Source: Octopus sinensis (Eukaryota). Taken from it: a stretch of 64,000 nt of DNA. The position numbers and the translations under genes are program-made. The stretch lies in contig NC_043002.1 in the NCBI RefSeq assembly GCF_006345805.1, positions 45,136,001 through 45,200,000 on the forward strand, written 5' to 3'. The notes beneath the pieces were generated by a model. It did no database searches. It saw only the letters and a program-made list of their open reading frames with translations, and was not told the DNA's origin. Shown piece by piece: positions 10,763 through 23,864 of the stretch. Within the stretch, counting starts at the first letter, position 1. Every line of letters begins with the position of its first letter.

Positions 10763-11913
10763 AGGTTGTTTTTTTTCTTATCTACATCCCAACGTTGGAG
10801 CTTTGTATCTTTCTTAGAATAATTGGAAATAGAAGAGAACATCCATGAATGCAAAACATTACATTTGTTCAGCTGTGCAGTTATAGAAGCGAAGAGCTTC
10901 AATAGTTAGGTGAGTCGTTGCAGTTTTGTTTTTCTTGCGAAAAGCTGAATTTCATTTCTTTTATGAGTTCTTCCTCGGCAGAGACTGCATCCTTTCCACA
11001 GGTAATGTAATCCACCTCGCATTTCTATAGCTTACGTCGATTTTTCCGTTATGTCTGTTCACGCTTTTTGTTTTAGGTAGTGCTATCCCCATCGGTCTCC
11101 GTCTAGTCCTCATCCTCATTAGAGGATGGGTGGTAATATTATGAGGTAATTCTTGGTCGCTACTAGTGACTGCTGTTGTAATTAACTCCCCTTGTTTTTG
11201 ACAATTGTAGTTGAGAGGGATAGAGGAATTTCATTGAGTGAGCGTTCCACACAGTGAAGATGGGGTAATTTTATTCGCAAACTAACGAGATGCGCTTCAT
11301 ATCGCCTTAGGTTTGACAACCAGTTAGATTTGCGCTTGATTTTATTTTCAGCGGCTTTCTGTGCACAAAGATCTTAAATTGTTTTTGTTCCACTTGCGTT
11401 GCAGCTGGATCAGCTAACTTGGATTTTCAGCTCAAAAGTATCCTTCTGAACGCCCTCAACATGTCCATGTTCTGATATTATCGTGTTGGATTCTTGAGAA
11501 CAGATCATTAGTGATTTTATCCGACTACCTATTGCTGTAAAATGTTACAAAGGCAATGACCACATATGCATACTGTGCAACGTAGGTTAACCAATAGATA
11601 GAGGTTGCTATCATCATCGATGTCCTTAGCAGTGACTCATATGTTCCTGTTACCCAAAATTACAGGACCATCTTATGGACAAGTGTATCACGGACTATTT
11701 TGACTTGCTTTAAAATATACCTGCCCTTTCCCAAGTGAAGGATATTTCACTTCAAATATCTTGCAGAGCTGTCTCCATTTCTCGTTTCGATGAAAGAAAA
11801 TTTGTTCTTGACATCCTTGTCTAGTATTTTCTAGAAGATGTTCCTCCTTTCACATGCTATACTGGCGCCTATCTTGTGTACATAATTTATTTATATAGCT
11901 TTATATCATTTAC

Positions 11914-11956
<43 letters not shown>

Positions 11957-12012
11957 TAATGATTTTATCCTAATTATATATAAAAATATATATTAATTCA
12001 CTCCTATAACAA

Positions 12013-12081
<69 letters not shown>

Positions 12082-12840
12082 AAGAGAGAGAGATAAAAGT
12101 CTATGAGGATTATGCATAAATGACAAACTATTCTCTGTCCCTTTTATTTATAGTTTGCTGTTTGGACGTAGCAGAGAACACTTAGCTATAAAGATCATGT
12201 TTTAACCATTTGCTCTGATTAGTTAATTTTTAAACGCAATTTGTCCCCTAAACAATTATGCCAAATTGCCCAGTCAACCAATCAGATTTGCTCAGATGGA
12301 TCACGTGTTCTCTTGGCGGAAAAACCCTTCACATCTCTGTGGAGCCCAGTAATTTCGTTTATGCCACATGGAAGCCATAGCTCACTTTCTCCACGTTACG
12401 ACACAATGAAATTCATCACCGCCGACACCGCCGTTGCCAGCTCTTGCTGCATCTATCACCGACAGCGACATCATAATTCATCCTCTCGCATGTAAACTCA
12501 CGAAGTGAATATGACTACTAGCGTTCCTACGATGTTTAATGTCGTTTCACATTCAAGTTGAATTATATAGCAATCTTATGTTTTCTTTATAGAACACCTC
12601 TTCTTTTGGTATAGTAGATTTTTTTCTATTCTTGTTTATGTCTCCTTACAGACGTATATATTCTAACAAATCGCTTCATAAATTTCGCACCTTTCTTGTT
12701 CAGTAAACACTGAGTTAAACTTGCAAAGCTGTTTATTTTCTCCTTTCGATTTTTAATGTTTATTTTAGCGGGTTATCAAACTATCAGTTTTGTCTTCCTG
12801 AAGTGAAAAGGAGATTTTTAAAAAAATTATTGTTTTAAAT

Positions 12841-13019
12841 GTATATTTGCCATTTAAACATAGCTAACCCTTAAGGGTGGATGCTACTGTAATTTGTAGC
12901 CCCAGGAGGACATCTCCTCCAGCTGGCTTTAGACACACAGCCAATTGTGTCCTCCTGGGGTTACAAACTACAGTAGCATCCACCCTTAGGGGTTAGCCAT
13001 ATTTAAATGGCAAATATAC
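12841..13019. repeat. 72-bp imperfect inverted repeat (35-nt spacer), probably the inverted 3' terminal repeat of the adjacent PLE
   Basis: Arms 12841-12912 and 12948-13019 (gtatatttgccatttaaa...ggaggaca / tgtcctcc...tttaaatggcaaatatac). Confidence 0.85.
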
Positions 13020-13309
13020 GTCACGATGTGTTGCAGCTACTGTTTATAACTTGCTCTAATATTTATTATTGTATTAAAGATGTTTGGAAATCTTTTATTG
13101 GGATGTTACTAACCTTTAGGGGAAAGAAGTTTTTTTTTTCTTCTGGTGTGTGAGCGCTTTCGTTAAGCCTTTCCAAACACAAGTATTCTTAAAGAGGAAG
13201 TAGTTAATTTTTGTGGCAGCCGTTGTATGATTTCCGGTTTATTTTTGAACTTTTGGTTTTAGTCATAAATATTCATTTACAATTGTTTATTATATAGTGT
13301 GTTGGCTAT

Positions 13310-13700
13310 TTTCGGCTTAATTTCGGATTTAGAATTCTTATAAAGTATTCTTCTTTTGCCTTTCGCAGTTGTACATTTTCATTGTTTATTTTGTAAAGTG
13401 GAAATATTGTAAATTTTCCATTTGCACAGATATCTAGATGTTCTCTGCATGGGAGATTCCTAAGAGATGAATTCCTAATTTGTTATTTATGCACATTTAC
13501 ACGGCTGGTCAGTATCCTTCCTGTCTTCCCAATGTAGTTTTCATTGCATCCTGATCCTCTGATGCAGTAGCTAAGGTTTTTTGTTTGTAATTCATGTTTG
13601 CATTCACTTTTGATTCCTACCCATTCTTGAGCCTTTTGGTTGTCCTTTTTTCAATTAATCTGCATGTCTCACAACGGGTGTCTCCACAACTGGTTACTTT
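13310..13700 (-). pseudogene. Penelope-like element GIY-YIG endonuclease remnant with Cys-rich linker (Neptune-like); absent from the ORF track
   Basis: Manual translation gives KVTSCGDTRCETCR then NLSYCIRGSGCNENYIGKTGRILTSRVNVHK*QIRNSSLRNLPCREHLDICANGKFTIFPLYK...RKAKEEYFIRILNPKL. Confidence 0.8.
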
Positions 13701-13861
13701 TTTAATTATACGCTGGAGATTTGGTGACTGATGTGGAATTGGGGGATATCATTTGGCTGAGTACAGGGTGTTGCGGTTTTCAGGATTGTGTGTGACTACA
13801 CACGAAATATTTGTATTTTGTATATATATATATATATGCATACTGTGCTTATGGTTGTGGC

Positions 13862-13892
<31 letters not shown>

Positions 13893-14132
13893 AAACGTTG
13901 CTATATTTTTCTGTTGGCATGTTTTTTTTTCTATTCCCATTTTCCTTTTGTCTTTCGTAGATATTCGCTTCGTGATCACAAGATTCGAAATTCGATCCAA
14001 ATACGTAGCATCTTGAACAAGAGTCTTTTACAATAGCCTAGAGTCAACCCAAGCTATATGAGTGAAACTGTGTTGACGAAAAATCTCATGAAGCGCCTAT
14101 GACCCGTTGACAGTCAAAATATAGCTTTTCTA

Positions 14133-14580
14133 TGCAATGTTAATACCAGTTCCAACATGCTAAAAACACGTTCAGTCTTGTAAAAAAAAACCATTCACCG
14201 TGTTTTGTCATGGGGAAAAAAATCTCGCTGTAGACATACGGTGTAAGTACACCCAAATCAGCTCGCAGCGCCATCAGTCCAGACTGTGAAATGCCAGCAG
14301 AAACCGGACGGTGGCGCTGCGAGCTGATAAGAGAAACAATCTCTCTTATGTTTTTCCAGTTAACATACGTCGGCTTGTAGCGCAAATCGACGGCTCATTG
14401 TAATTAAATTATGGGATGAGTGCCTTAAACGGCGATAAGTAAAACAGCAATGTTAATACCAGTTCGAATATGCTGAAAGCAAATTCGGACTTGTAAACAA
14501 ACCATTCGCCTTGTTTTGTCATGGCGAAAATTTTTCGCTTTAGATATATGGTGTAAATACATCGAAATCAGCTCGCAGTG
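14133..14580. repeat. Diverged ~135-bp direct repeat (two copies, ~314-bp period)
   Basis: gcaatgttaataccagttc...aaatcagctcgcag at ~14133-14268 and ~14447-14579. Confidence 0.75.
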
Positions 14581-14819
14581 AGATGCAAGAGTAGTTATCT
14601 GCTCTTCAGTCACCTCTGGCTTCACTGTTTTTAAAATCTTTTATTTCTTGCTGTTGGGATTTAGTTGTGACGCTACCACAATCTTAGCCAAAGAGGTCTG
14701 GATGTTTTTGTCTTTTTTTTTTGCATTCTCATTGTATGCTAATAGTTGGTATGCATTAAAATCTTGAAGGATAATATGTTAGTAAAACAATATGGAAGAC
14801 AAATCAATGTAATTATGTA

Positions 14820-15172
14820 TTTATCATCTTTATTTGTCTCGTCATTGGATTGTGGCCATGTGGGAGCATCACATTGAAGGGTTTTTAGGAACAAATTAAC
14901 TATGTTACCTATTTTTAAAGTCGGTAGTTATTTTATCGGTCGTCAAGCGGTGGGGCGGACAAGCGTAGACAGAAGGACATGCATATACACACATGTAAAA
15001 GAATATATACGATGGCTTCTTCAGTTTCCGTGAATCAAATTTACTCAAAAGGTATTAGTATGCGCGGGGATATAATAGAAGACACTTGCCCAAAGTGACG
15101 CGCAGTGACATTGAACCTGAAATTACGTGGTTCCAAAACGAGCCTTTTGACCACACAGCCACGCCTGCGCCT
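14820..15172 (-). mobile_element. Degenerate tRNA-derived SINE
   Basis: Contains agaagacacttgcccaa...cacacagccacgcctgcgcc, same family as 29650-30055. Confidence 0.7.
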
Positions 15173-15807
15173 ATTAGTAAACTTAAATATGAAAATATAA
15201 GATACTTAAGTTGAATCTTAAATTCTACGGTGGGCAATGAAACAAAAGCACGTACTCATATCTGGAAAAATACAATTCTCAAAAAAAAAATGAAACAGAT
15301 TCAAAATCAGTGCAAAAACATTGGAAATACACTTGTTGATCAGTTTATCTATAAGTATCAATGTAAATTTATAAACTAGGAAGAGAAGCATGGTGTTTTG
15401 AAACAGTTGTCTGTAAATAGTCTCTTCAAAGATATGTTCACTTCTGTAATGGAAGCTAATATCTCTGATTACATAATCTTTCTTTCATATGCCAAACAGC
15501 CACATCAAACATGTGAAATTTTCCCTTAATGAAAACTTTGATGGGAATGTTCCACATATAATCCTTGTACTGATAAATAACATGCGCTAAATATAAAGAG
15601 TATTCCCTATGTTCATCCCATAACAGTTTCTCTTATGGACGTCATTGTGTATTGGTTCGGCAACATTAAATATATGCATATATATGTCTATGTATGTCTG
15701 TATATGTGTGTGTGTATATATATTTATATATAGATATATATATGGTTTTATTATAATAAATTCATAACACACACGCACATACATACATACATACATACAT
15801 ACATACA

Positions 15808-15843
<36 letters not shown>

Positions 15844-15880
15844 TATATATGTTATATATATATGTATATATACATATATG

Positions 15881-15987
<107 letters not shown>

Positions 15988-17366
15988 ATATGTATGTATG
16001 TATATATATTGTATTAATGTTATGCATTGTCCTGAAATTAATTTGAATCTAAAATATTCTTTGTTAGTTTAATGTAATTTGACAATATGTAAATATATAC
16101 AATTAAAGTTATTTTAGAACAATAACTTCTCTTTGCAGACGCATTCACATATTAATAATTTGAACTTCGTCATATTAATCTATCTATTGAATAGATATTT
16201 GCTTATTACAAGGATCTTACTTTATTATCTCAAATTCAAAATCTAATTTAGTTTGAATAACTAACTGTTATTTTTGTATTGTCGATTGCATTAAAGAAAT
16301 TCCATTTCAATTTTCTGTTTTTTTTGTTGGAAACGTTTCACTACTTTTGATTTGTATATTAGTTATGCATATTTTTGCAGCATATTATTCTGACTGTATT
16401 TCAATTCGGGTATTATCCTCGCACTAGAGATAAATACAGTCAAATGCAAGCATGCGTATTATGCATTTTTACGCTTTCTTAGTTTCGCATAGATACGCGT
16501 AGAAGAAGAGAAACAGTATTTGGGTTGGAATGGCAACTACCAACGAGACACATTGTTTACGAATAATGCTTGAGATGTCAGCAATGCTTGTTGATATGGC
16601 TTTTAACGTAGTGGTTGGGCTTCTTTTTACTCGTAATATAGTTTTGTCAAATGGGATGACTGATACAGTTTTATCAAATCGGATGCTTAATGTATCTTTA
16701 CCAAATGGGAAGCTTGACTAGAAATAAGTATAAGAGTATTTGATTGTGAGAGAAAGAGTATGTGTATGCGCATGTGTGTGTATATGTGTTTGTGTAAGCA
16801 CGCATTTGTATCTGTATGTGTTTACGAGATAGCACATGATATGTATATTCCAAGAAATGTCATATTTAGATTCATGAAACTGTATTCTTCCTTAGCATCA
16901 GGCTTATCATTCTGAAGACGATTACAGATTACAGATTACCTTCTACTCTAGTCACTGTGGAATTCGAATTTTGATGATCTCTCAGAGACAATATTTGGTT
17001 TCCTGTTATAGTCATATTCTTTTTGTATCTTACCTTCAAGATTAAAAGAAACCAGCCAAACAAGGAGCCTCTAACGCTCGATCTGCTAGAAACAGAAGCT
17101 AGATCTTCCGCAAACGCACACAACCTAGAATAATATAATTCTTGATGCAATAAGTCTGAATAAAAGACAAATCTCTAACGACTTGCCTATCTTCCAGAAC
17201 AACATAAACATACACGGCTGCGAATAAACGAAGGAACCCCTGTAGGATCACTCTACTTGCTAGAAATAGCCACCGAATATCACTCGAGCTACAACATACT
17301 GTCTTTAAAATGGGCACTATGGGTAGATTATGTTTTCTAGCGTATACTGTTTGGAAAAAACATTAA

Positions 17367-17673
17367 CGCAAGTATGACTATGAGGCCAAGAAGCACGCTC
17401 TACGGGCAAATGTCTTCTATATAGTCCTGGGCCTACTATGGGATATGGAAACTGTGACGAAGCCCGTTGTGTGTGTGGTGTTTGTCCCGCATAGCTACTT
17501 GAAAACTAGCATTAATTTGTTTACGTTCCTATAACTTAGCAGTTCGGCTAAAGAGACGGAAAGAGTATTACCAGACCTCAACATAAGTACTAGAGTTGAT
17601 TTGACCAACTAAACCTTGCGAGACAGTGTCCCAGCAAGGCCGCAATTCAATGACTGAAACAAGTAAAAGATAA
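17367..17673 (+). mobile_element. Degenerate tRNA-derived SINE
   Basis: Contains taacttagcagttcggc...gtcccagcaaggccgcaattcaatgactgaaacaagtaaaaga tail. Confidence 0.7.
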
Positions 17674-17866
17674 AGCTAGGAGGGCTTACTTTATTATGGT
17701 CGATATGGAGTTAGACAATGTTGTGTCTCGTCGACACTTATGCCCTTCTTTGAACTCACTGTATATGTCACTTTATAACTTGGACCTATAACAAGGTTAT
17801 AACAATGCAAATATAAATCAGAAACAACACGTAACAAGCAATATATTTTGTCATTGATTCTTACGA

Positions 17867-19310
17867 CTGTCTTCGCCAAACGCCTGCACACACTATAACA
17901 TAGAGGAGACAGTACAAGGACAGACAGAACACCACAGTGGGGACAAAAACATAAAACGAACGAAAAATGAAAGATGTATAAAAATAATAAAATCAATGAT
18001 GATGAAATGGCTGCATTGATCCCCACCCTCAAGCAGTACCATTTAACAGTTAAATTATACAAATTAACATAGCTTTCTTACACTCTTTTTTTTTACCTTT
18101 GAGCAACTTTTTTGTTTTTTCAATTTTGAAAATCTATTTTTTCTCGTTTTTTCCAAAAAGATTTACTTACTTTACTCTTTTTAACAGTGTCAAATATTCA
18201 TACTCCACGACCGATGGTAATTCGTCGAATTCAATTTGACTACTTCCGAACAGTTCTTTCAGTTTCTCGTATCTTTCCTTGTCAATAATTATTCCCTTGG
18301 TGTGTTCTGTATATTTCTCCGGTATATTTCTCGCTTTCGTGTGTCCCTTTTGACCACATAAGAAACATCTTGGTGGTCTTTCTTCCACCACTACTCTTAG
18401 TCTGACGTCTTCTGGGAGAATGATCTCCTCTGTGATCTCATACAGGTCTTTTAGGCTCACTTGTATGGTCATCTCGAGGTCATACCCCCAACAATTAACT
18501 TTTTTGGTTCTCATAATCTTCAAGATTTTCACATCATCCTCCATTCTGTGCATGACTGCTGCCACCAGCCATGTTTCTTTAATCTAGGAAAGTACTCTGC
18601 CAATTCTTACTCTGGTGGCGCATTTGCCAAAGTAAGTCGGCAGAAGTGCCTATTCCTGTGTCCCCATCGGCACAGTCGAGTGGTTTATTACGTCCTCTTC
18701 GTTGCCAAACCTTACTTCCACTGTGCCGTACTTCTTCCACTGTGCCGTACTTTCTTCCACTGTGCCGTACTTTCTTCCACGCGTATAAAATGTAGTAAGC
18801 CTCTTTACGTCCTGGAGGCACTCCTCTATTGCCTCTATTTGGGCAACCTCTATCTTTTTAGAGGACATAGACAGCATTCTGCACATCACTGTCTTCTTCG
18901 CCAAATAGCTAGTCAACTCTTCCGGTGAAGTCAGCCTCAAACCGTCTCCTTCCTCCTCCATCAATTTACTGCCCTCCTTCCACTTTCTGGGCTCCATCCC
19001 AATTTCTCGCACTTCCTGGGAGCTGGTAGACACTCCTTTAATCGTGGCTGATACGCAACTTCCAGATGGTTCATGCTCTATCTCTCCTCTCTTCTCCACC
19101 TCACCCACATTGGGGAAGAAAACAAATCCAAAAGCAGGCAAAAACAGCAACAATAGTTCGAAATTCAACAAATTCAACAGATCCCAGGTCTACCCACACG
19201 GGGAGACCCTCAACAAGCATAACAAACAAACGGCCTACTTCAGAATCACAAGTGATTCAACCAAAATTTCTACCAACGCGAAAAAAAAACACGGCACGGT
19301 GACTCTCACT
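17867..19310 (-). mobile_element. ORF1-only (HAL1-like) retroelement copy C, near complete (5' UTR, frameshifted ORF1 with zinc knuckle, 3' UTR)
   Basis: ORFs 18650-19177 and 18167-18565 (PPRCFLCGQKGHTKAR). 5' UTR and 3' UTR are homologous to 1170-1350 and 1002-1130. Internal ~19-21-bp tandem (cttccactgtgccgtactt) at ~18714-18780. There is no room for an ORF2. Confidence 0.75.
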
Positions 19311-21139
19311 GACAGTGCGCATGCGCCTTTATACGGTGTAGGACAGTTGCCTTGCTATCCCACAGGGGTGTCAGGTTTTCACAACAGACAACGACAGCAA
19401 CAATCTATGCTCGTTGAATAACAGATACAACGTATCAATTTTCGCAAGAGAGAGCAATGTGAGCAACATAAAGCAAGTTGTAACACATAAGCAACTACAA
19501 ACAACGTGAGGAAATTACCTTTTGTATGTCCTGTTTATCACATACGAGTCGGCGTATCGTTGACTTGACGTAAAATCATTGAGCAGAAGACCCCAAAACG
19601 CAACACACCTTCTCCTGGTGACCCCTGAAATCTAATAATGTCCGGTACTCCCATCTCTCAATTGGCAGCATTTGCACAAATAATCTGTCTGTAAATTTCT
19701 AATTTCATAATTAGGTAATTCAATTGATCGATTCCTTTTACTTTCCACAGCCACGCGTGCCCCTTAACACAACCATGACAAAACCGTACCTTTATATAGG
19801 CTTACAATTCATTTTATTTTCGTTTTATTAAATTATCGACTATTTTGATGGTTCCGGTATATATTTTACAGTATTTATTTGCATGAATGTGCGTAAATTA
19901 AACCTCATTAATATCGATAAAACGAGTCCTAGGGATTCGATCGGCAACTAAGTCTTTTCTTATGAAAAATGCATGCATCACTGAATAAATTATGTTAGTA
20001 AACCAACTCATATTATTTTCTTATGCATATTACATTAATGAACAATATTTACATTGAAGTTCCTCTTTAATTTGTTTAATTATAACAGTTGTCATTTTTA
20101 TTGTCTGAAATATCTTAAAAGTCTACTTCTTCCAATGAAACTAAAATAACCTTTTATTTTTAATTCGGAAAACTTATTAAAAACTTGGTTAACATATAAA
20201 CATTAACAACGTACACGCTACTTTAGAAATAAGTCCTTTCTACTGTTTGCTATTTACAGTTAGTTGGAATTAATACTGCCTGTTGAACGTTAAATAATTC
20301 GTTATAACACGACGTGGTTCTAGGTGGATATATGCTATTACCATTAAGCCAACATTTCCACGCCTTATCAAGAGTGCCAGATGTGACTCTGTTTAGACAT
20401 TCCTAGAAATAATTTAAAATTCAATTTCAGCTCATTTATTACTGTTTTAATAATTGTTATCGATCACAATTATTTACGTATCCCCATATGTGTAACAAAA
20501 CATTTTAAAATGTTTCTGTATTTTGCTTAATAAACAATGCATTATTTTTCTTTACTATGCAGATATTGGTTCTGCTATTGTCTTGCTTAGCATTTTCAAA
20601 ACAAAACCTCGATAGTAATCAAGTTTTCAAGAACAGAAGGATTAGAATTTATTTAACAAGTTTGACGAAACAAAACATAAAAAGTAATTTGTGATACTAA
20701 TCTTTCTGTAGTCAACTGAAATCACTGAAAACATGAGATCGTATTCACTTTGTTTTAAGGACACCTGCAAATGATGAGCAATCTATTGTACAGTATTGAT
20801 TTTCATATATTAGAATCTAAAAATAATTTTGCCTCAATACCCATTCTCTACATCGCTTGATACTCCTGAGAATGTGTTATCATTAGTCAATACTTAACTT
20901 TTTTTCTGATTCACTTTCTAGATAATTTTTACTTATTCATCTATGAAGCTTTCGGGGATAGAAAAAAACATAGATTTCATAACTGAAATTTACTCTCAAA
21001 AGGAGTAGGGTCCATTTTACCATTACTTGCCTTTTTAAAGAAAGAGATCTTGTAGTATAAGAATGGGATTTGTGGCCGAGATTCTGAGCAACTAGAAAAT
21101 AAAAATCTTGTATATATACATATATATACATATATATAT

Positions 21140-21444
21140 CACGTGATCACGTGACCGACCAGTCCATCAGATGTAGTTACACATCGCTGGTCACAATGCG
21201 TTCGCATTGTTTTAGCCTTCGAATGACGCCACCCCGCTGGCTAAGCGAGCAGGCCAACAGAAGAAAGAGTGGGAGAAAGAGTGGTGAAAGAGTACAGCAG
21301 GGATCACCACCCCCTGCCGGAGTCTCGTGGAGCTTTAAGGTGTTTTCGCTCAATAAACACTCACAACGCCCGGTCTGGGAATCGAAACCACGATCCTACG
21401 ACCGCGAGTCCGCTGCCCTAACCACTAGGCCATTGCGCCTCCAC
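21140..21444 (-). mobile_element. Young tRNA(Arg-like)-derived SINE
   Basis: Minus-strand head gtggaggcgcaatggcctagtggttagggcagcggactcgcggtcgtaggatcgtggtttcgattccc has A and B boxes. A related copy lies at 55630-55928. Confidence 0.85.
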
Positions 21445-21492
<48 letters not shown>

Positions 21493-21496
<4 letters not shown>

Positions 21497-21560
21497 ATGC
21501 GCAATGGCCTAGTGGTTAGAGCAGCGGACTCGCGGTCGTAGGATCGTGGTTTCGATTCCC
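21493..21560 (+). mobile_element. Isolated SINE tRNA-like head, inverted relative to 21377-21444 and abutting a LINE
   Basis: gtggatgcgcaatggcctagtggttagagcagcggactcgcggtcgtaggatcgtggtttcgattccc is followed directly by LINE sequence. Confidence 0.8.
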
Positions 21561-23816
21561 ACAAAGCAGATTGGAAATCGATCCAAAAAGAGATCCTCAG
21601 AGAGGACTGGCCGGAATGTCTCTCCACACCAGACATTGACATGAAACTAGAATGTTTCATGTCTTCTGTGCCAGCCGTATGCCAGAAATATGTCCCAGAG
21701 CACAAGGCCAAAACAAATAGGAGCAAGATTCCAAGAGACAGGAAGATCCTCATGAGACGACGGACGAAGGTTGCAAATCGTCTCAACCAACATCCCAAAA
21801 GTAGCGAAACGTCCGCCTAAAAACAACACTGATGGAGATCGAAAAAAGGCTGCAACAATCCTATGTGAAGGAGAAAGCAGACAAAGAAGCCTGGGTTATA
21901 AAAAAACATTAAATCAAACCCAAAGGCCTTCTTTCATTACGCGAAAGAAACAGTCTCAGTGCACTACAAGATAGGACCCCTCCTCCAAAAGGATGGCTCC
22001 CTCACAGACAGTCCAACTATGATCAGTGAGATGCTGAATGACCAGTTCAAAAGTGTCTTTACCACCCCGTTGGAACACAGACAAGTGAACGAACCAGTGG
22101 ACTTCTTTGCCGCCTCACCTATAACCAGCGAGGCGGTTACAATAGAATGTATTGACATTAGCGAAAAAGATGTCCTACTAACCATAGATGAAGTGGACAC
22201 AAACTCAGCTGCTGGTCCAGACGGTTTCCCAGCCATCCTCCTCAAAGCGTGTAAGCATGCCCTGGCAAAACCCCTCAAGATTCTCTTCCAGAGCTTTCTT
22301 GTGAATGGCAAACTGTCAAGCAAGCTGAAGGGGGGAATAATATGCCCAATACATAAAGGGGGAAGTAGAGCAGATGCCAAAAACTATAGGCCTATCTCTC
22401 TGACTTCACACATCAGCAAAGTCATGGAAAGGATAGTCAGAAAGAAACTAATCGCATTCCTTGAGGAAAATAACTTGCTGAGTAATACCCAGCATGGTTT
22501 TCGACTAGGTAGGAGCTGCATGACCCAGCTCTTACAGCATTATGACTGGGTGTTGAGGCAGTTACTCAACAAATCAAATGTGAACGTAATCTACCTTGAT
22601 TTTGCAAAAGCTTTTGACAAGGTGGATCATGGTATGATATGCCACAAACTACGTGACCTCGGCATAGCTGGAAAACTTGGAGTGTGGTTGCATGACTTCC
22701 TGAAAGATAGGAGTCAGGCAGTAGTGGTTAATGGAGCCACCTCTATGAACACACAAATAGTGAGCGGTGTTCCACAGGGCACTGTCTTGGGACCACTGCT
22801 TTTTATAATGGCCCTCTCAGATATGCCCTCAAATGCCCGGATAGCCACTCTGGCCAGCTATGCAGACGATACGAAAGTCTTGCAGAAAATACAGAACCCC
22901 AGCGGTGTTGCACACCTGCAGCAAGAGTTGGACTCAATCTACAGATGGGCTGAGGATAATAATATGCAGTTTAATGATGAAAAATTTTAGGCCCTGCGCT
23001 ACCAGCATCCAAAACTGAATATTAAACTTACGGGATACACCGGTCCACAGGGAATTTCAATCCCAGAGCCTAAGTCTGTAAGGGACCTGGGTATCGACAT
23101 GAGTGATGATACCCCTTTCCAAGTGCACATTACCAGGATGGTGACAAAGTGCAGACGACTGGCTGGGAGGATCCTAAGAACATTCAGAACCAGAGATAAG
23201 GAAACCATGATAGTCCTCTGGCGGACATTCGTCCTCAGTCGCCTGGATTACTGCTCACAGCTATGGTCACCCACCAGTGTAAAATTAACAGCGGACCTTG
23301 AAGCAATCCAGAGAAGATTCACAAAGAAGATCGTCTCTTTGCAACAGCTCAGCTACTGGGAAAGGTTGGAGAGAAGACGGGAGAGGTATGCAGTAATATA
23401 TGTCTGGAAGATCCTGGAAGGAATTATGCCAAGGTTTGACATTGTAAGCTACACCAATGCTAGAATGGGACGACACTGCATAGTGCCAAAGATCCCAGCA
23501 ATGCCATCACGCTTCAGGACCAGCTTCTGCAACAGCCTGGGTTTCAAGGGCCCACAGCTTTTTAATATTCTCCCAAAGAGTCTGAGGAACTTGCACAAAG
23601 TAGATGTAGCGGTTTTTAAATCAAAGCTGGACATCTTCCTGTCAAGAGTTCCAGATGAACCTACCTCACGGCAAGAGGTGCAAATGAGAGTAGCTGTATC
23701 AAACTCCATTCTTCACCAAGTGCCACATATTAGACGAGGTTCGTCGCTATAACAGTGTAGCACAAAACGGCGGTGCATCAGCATGGCCGCAGCTCTGAGC
23801 TGAAACTTGAAAAAAA

Positions 23817-23817
<1 letters not shown>
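21561..23817 (+). mobile_element. 5'-truncated CR1-group LINE (RT in ORFs 21959-22990 and 23099-23752, one in-frame stop)
   Basis: NYRPISLTS, QHGFR, YLDFAKAFDKVDH, GVPQGTVLGPLLF and YADD motifs. The 3' end ggcggtg..cagcatggccgcagctctgagctgaaac is followed by (TA)n. Confidence 0.95.

Positions 23818-23864
<47 letters not shown>

Noticed and set aside
18714-18780. Short regularly spaced repeats (cttccactgtgccgtactt)
   Set aside because: This is a local tandem slippage inside the ORF1-only element with no spacers.
21493-21560. Functional tRNA-Arg gene
   Set aside because: The acceptor stem is incomplete and the sequence is nearly identical to a SINE head.
21964-23709. Minus-strand ORFs overlapping the LINE RT (similarly 39377-43094)
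   Set aside because: They are antisense to RT/APE coding sequence with no independent motifs.
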